Assembly (NCBI GenBank): GCA_951813565.1
Contig: OX638351.1
Coordinates: 896,001 to 960,000, forward strand
DNA from: an uncultured Poribacteria bacterium
GTDB lineage: Bacteria > Poribacteria > WGA-4E > WGA-3G
Reading direction: 5' to 3'
DNA length: 64,000 nucleotides
Under the pieces are notes generated by a model that worked only from the letters and a program-made list of their open reading frames with translations, was not told the origin of the DNA and ran no database searches. Shown here in pieces: positions 61,011 through 64,000 of this stretch. The position numbers were made by a program, and so were the translations under genes. How positions within the stretch are numbered: position 1 is the stretch's first letter; every line of letters begins with the position of its first letter.

Positions 61011-61337
61011 CCCATAGGCGTCAATTTAAGGATATACCCTCTTGTGGGAGTGAATCAACGCAGCATGCGCGTCCGACATGCTGCCAAATCAACGCCAAAT
61101 GCGCTTGGTAGAATGCGCGCATGGCATTCTACATGATTTGTCCAAATCAACGCAGCATGCGCGTCCGGCATGCTGCCAAATCAACGCCAAATGCGCTTTT
61201 TGGCATTTGTCGGGTTTGTAACCCCGATTTCTTCTCTATGAGAGGTATTTAACTGTGAGAAATCAATATATCGGGCTTATAAAGCCCTCCCACAAGAGGC
61301 AATCTGGTAATTGTGTGCTTAAATTAACACCTATGGG
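61011..61337. mobile_element. CCCATAGG-type MITE inserted in a REP, carrying AATCAACG modules
   Basis: TTTCGCGTTCGCTCTA duplicated at 60995-61010 and 61338-61353; intact target REP at 62725-62756. Confidence 0.85.
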
Positions 61338-61450
61338 TTTCGCGTTCGCTCTACCCAACCGACAGACTAATGCAAGAGGCGCAATAAATTGCGCGACTAC
61401 AAACGCCACTAATCTATGGAAATGTAAAAGGTTTAAATTCACTATACATG

Positions 61451-62392
61451 TTAGATTCCTTCATAAATAATGTTAACAACAAGTTTTCCTACCACCTCTA
61501 AACTTTTTGGACTACATTTGTCCACTGTATCTTCAAGCGTATGCCAGTGCGGATAATCAAAGTCAATTATATTAACCATCGGTATGCCTGCTTTAATTAA
61601 CGGAACATGATCATCCATAACTGCCGGACCTAATTTGCGTTTAAAAGGTGCTAAACCGAGATTCTCTGCACGCTGCCAGATAGCAGCTGCAAATTCAGGG
61701 TTTGCCTCCCAAGAGTATCGTTCTATCGGTATCTGTAAATCCTTGTCGCCAATCATATCCAAGAGGATGCCGTAGTCGGGTTTCCATTTTCCCATGTTTT
61801 TTGCGAAGTAGCGGGAGCCGAGGAACATTTGATCTACTGTTTTTCCGTAATCTTCGCCATCAAACAAAATAATGATGACTCTGCGTGGTGGCGGTGTTTC
61901 TTTTAAAATCCGTGCAATTTCAAGCAAAACTGCCACACCTGATGCCCCATCATTTGCGCCGAGAATGGGTTCGCGCTGATTATCAGTGTTCGGGTCTCTA
62001 TCAGCACATGGACGTGTATCCCAATGTGCCGCGAGTAGGAGTGTCTCACTATGGCTACTGCCGAATTCAGCGATAATGTTGTTCATGTGGAGCGTTTTGC
62101 GTTGGGGGGGATCGTCAATCGTGTCTACATCAGATGTGTAGGGTTGAAGGGTTACAGTATCAGTGTATTTTTTCAGTTCCGTGAGAAGGTAGTCTCTGGT
62201 TTTCTGATGAGCATCAGAATCCGGCGGTCGCGGTCCGAATTCACACTGCTTTTTTAAGAGATCAAAGGCGCGGTTGCTGTCAAAGGGCAAAGGCGTCTTC
62301 TGCGATGACGGACTCTTTGGTTCTGCACACGCCCAAGTGAATATGCCAGAACATAGAATCAAAACGAGGATAGTTAATTGGATGGTTTTCAT
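61451..62392 (-). CDS. M28 family peptidase / glutaminyl cyclase-like exported protein
   Basis: AHWDTR, GANDGASGV, FDGED, LDMIGD, DDH.P, WHT..D. Confidence 0.9.
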   Translation of the reverse strand: MKTIQLTILVLILCSGIFTWACAEPKSPSSQKTPLPFDSNRAFDLLKKQCEFGPRPPDSDAHQKTRDYLLTELKKYTDTVTLQPYTSDVDTIDDPPQRKTLHMNNIIAEFGSSHSETLLLAAHWDTRPCADRDPNTDNQREPILGANDGASGVAVLLEIARILKETPPPRRVIIILFDGEDYGKTVDQMFLGSRYFAKNMGKWKPDYGILLDMIGDKDLQIPIERYSWEANPEFAAAIWQRAENLGLAPFKRKLGPAVMDDHVPLIKAGIPMVNIIDFDYPHWHTLEDTVDKCSPKSLEVVGKLVVNIIYEGI

Positions 62393-62541
62393 TGACTACG
62401 CGCTTGTCATAAATAGGTTGTCGGTTAAATCATTATAGGTTTACCATTAACGATTCACTTGATCGTCGCGTTTACTAAAGTATGTCTACAGGATATAATA
62501 CCATTTCTGCATTATAACTTCCCATTACAAAAAACGCGTTT

Positions 62542-62756
62542 GTAGTCGCGCAATTCATTGCGCCTCGGACATTCAACATAAGATGAGTTTCAAAACCTCA
62601 TAGAATCTTCGTAATGGTATTTTATTTATTAGAATTGGTATAATACCAAATTAACTTGTAAGCCCGATTTATTCCCAAAGGTAGGCGTTCTGTAAACGCG
62701 CCTACCTAACAACAGAATGACAAAGTTGGGTTTCGCGTTCGCTCTACCCAACCTAC
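62542..62756. repeat. GTAG-type REP cluster (representative; others at 2564, 3794, 6208, 6243, 7741, 7813, 7847, 23862, 33522, 36868, 40160, 43548, 61376)
   Basis: GTAG tetranucleotide followed by imperfect palindromes, e.g. GTAGTCGCGCAATTCATTGCGC. Confidence 0.85.
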
Positions 62757-62797
62757 AAACTGAAACGAGCAAAGTGTAAATCCTATATAAAATATTC

Positions 62798-63397
62798 TTA
62801 CACTGCGCGCCTACCTTCCAAAGCCTTCGCTAAGGTCACTTCGTCAATATATTCTAAATCTCCACCAACAGGAATACCATAAGCGATTCGGGTAACGCTC
62901 ACTTGAAACTGTTCAAGATGTTGGGTAAGATAGAGTGCTGTAGCTTGTCCCTCTGTGTCCCAATTGGTAGCGAGGATAACCTCTTTGACTGCACCATTAT
63001 GAACACGGTTAAAAAGAGAATCTATTCGCAGAGAATCAGGTCCAACGCCATCTAATGGGGACAATACGCCCCCGAGAACATGATAAAGCCCCTTGTGACT
63101 TTCAGTCCGTTCTATTGCCCATAGATCGTCCGGTTGTTCAACAACACAGATAATCTGTGGGTCACGTCTCGGATTTGAACAGATATGACACGGGTTTATG
63201 TCAGTGATAGTACCACATATCTTGCAATCTGACAAGTTTTCTTTAACTTCCAAGATCGCTTCAGCGATTTGGTTGGTCTCAATATCCGGCAATGTTAGCA
63301 TAAAGAAAGCTAAACGTTGTGCGGTTTTGGGGCCAACCGTAGGAAGTTTCTGAAGCTGCATGATAAGCCGCTCCAACGGTTGTGGATAACCTTGCAT
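62798..63397 (-). CDS. recR: Recombination mediator RecR
   Basis: LPTVGPKTAQRLAF, C4 zinc finger, YHVLGG.LSPLDG, TOPRIM. Confidence 0.97.
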   Translation of the reverse strand: MQGYPQPLERLIMQLQKLPTVGPKTAQRLAFFMLTLPDIETNQIAEAILEVKENLSDCKICGTITDINPCHICSNPRRDPQIICVVEQPDDLWAIERTESHKGLYHVLGGVLSPLDGVGPDSLRIDSLFNRVHNGAVKEVILATNWDTEGQATALYLTQHLEQFQVSVTRIAYGIPVGGDLEYIDEVTLAKALEGRRAV

Positions 63398-63414
63398 GTT
63401 TTTGCCTATTGCCG

Positions 63415-63723
63415 TTACGGAAGTCCGGGAATTTTGAAACCGCCGGTTAGTTTACTCATCTCCTCAGACATCATTTCTTGTGATTGTTGCAATGCCTCAT
63501 TCACAGCTGCCACAACTAAATCTTCAAGCATTTCGGTGTCATCTGGGTCAACAACCTCTGGTGTAATGCGAAGTGAAACGAGTTCTTGCTGCCCATTGAC
63601 AACTGCTGTGACCATGCCGCCTCCGACGGTTGCTTCAATAGTCTGGTTCGCGAGTTCTTCTCGGATTTCGAGCATGCGCTTTTGCATCTGCTGCGCCTGC
63701 TTCATCAAGTCATTCATTTTCAT
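63415..63723 (-). CDS. ybaB: YbaB/EbfC nucleoid-associated protein
   Basis: LMKQAQQMQ, GGGMV, DPDDTEMLEDLV.AAVNEA; between dnaX and recR. Confidence 0.95.
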   Translation of the reverse strand: MKMNDLMKQAQQMQKRMLEIREELANQTIEATVGGGMVTAVVNGQQELVSLRITPEVVDPDDTEMLEDLVVAAVNEALQQSQEMMSEEMSKLTGGFKIPGLP

Positions 63724-63768
63724 AATGGTAACTGGCTCCAGTTCTCAAAACAGAACTGGAATATCTCC

Positions 63769-64000
63769 TTATTGAGTTTCTAAAATTCTTGCATCAAATA
63801 AATCAAGCACGTTTCTGATCTGTTCGTCTTCTTCGGCTTGTTGTCTACGCATCATAGGCGTTGTTTTTACTTCTTTCTCCGACGATTCAGCGGTTTCCTC
63901 CGGTTGTGCGACCACTTCCTCTCTAATAAGTTCAATGTGAACCGGCTGCCCTAAAACCTCTCTAAAAGTATTCGTAATATTTTTCTTTGCTTCATCATCT
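63769..64000 (-). CDS. dnaX: DNA polymerase III gamma/tau C-terminus (partial)
   Basis: Manual translation ends ...AEEDEQIRNVLDLFDARILETQ*; synteny dnaX-ybaB-recR. Confidence 0.75.
   Translation of the reverse strand, partial: DDEAKKNITNTFREVLGQPVHIELIREEVVAQPEETAESSEKEVKTTPMMRRQQAEEDEQIRNVLDLFDARILETQ

Overview
Bacterial genomic window with moderate-to-low GC. The gene content (five PhyH-family dioxygenases, three secreted LamG proteins with a C-terminal TWGxxK motif, TPR/NHL/HEAT proteins, dense GTAG-type REP repeats) resembles Candidatus Poribacteria; this is inference only. Housekeeping genes: fabV, dnaK, galK, ROK kinase, an RsbU/RsbW/RsbV-type partner-switching locus, rsmG, mnmG, recR, ybaB and a partial dnaX. 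The most striking locus (30.4-43.5 kb) is a tandem array of four ~1000-aa one-component ECF sigma factors (sigma2/sigma4 - TM helix - Asp-box beta-propeller). Each has a conserved ECF-type promoter, and their sequences are patchworks of each other: gene 4 joins the sigma domain of gene 3 to the sensor domain of gene 2, which suggests recombinational rewiring of signal input and output. Intergenic DNA holds a layered set of non-autonomous elements: several MITE families with TIRs and target-site duplications, a CCAAATCAACG-led hairpin module family inserted into REPs in nested and tandem form, and an IS605 remnant with an omega-RNA-like right end. Other notable items are a TPR-antitoxin fusion/PIN toxin pair, a frameshifted Cu-only-type SOD with a large insertion, and PhyH enzymes with non-canonical iron ligands. 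No tRNA, rRNA or CRISPR array was recognised.
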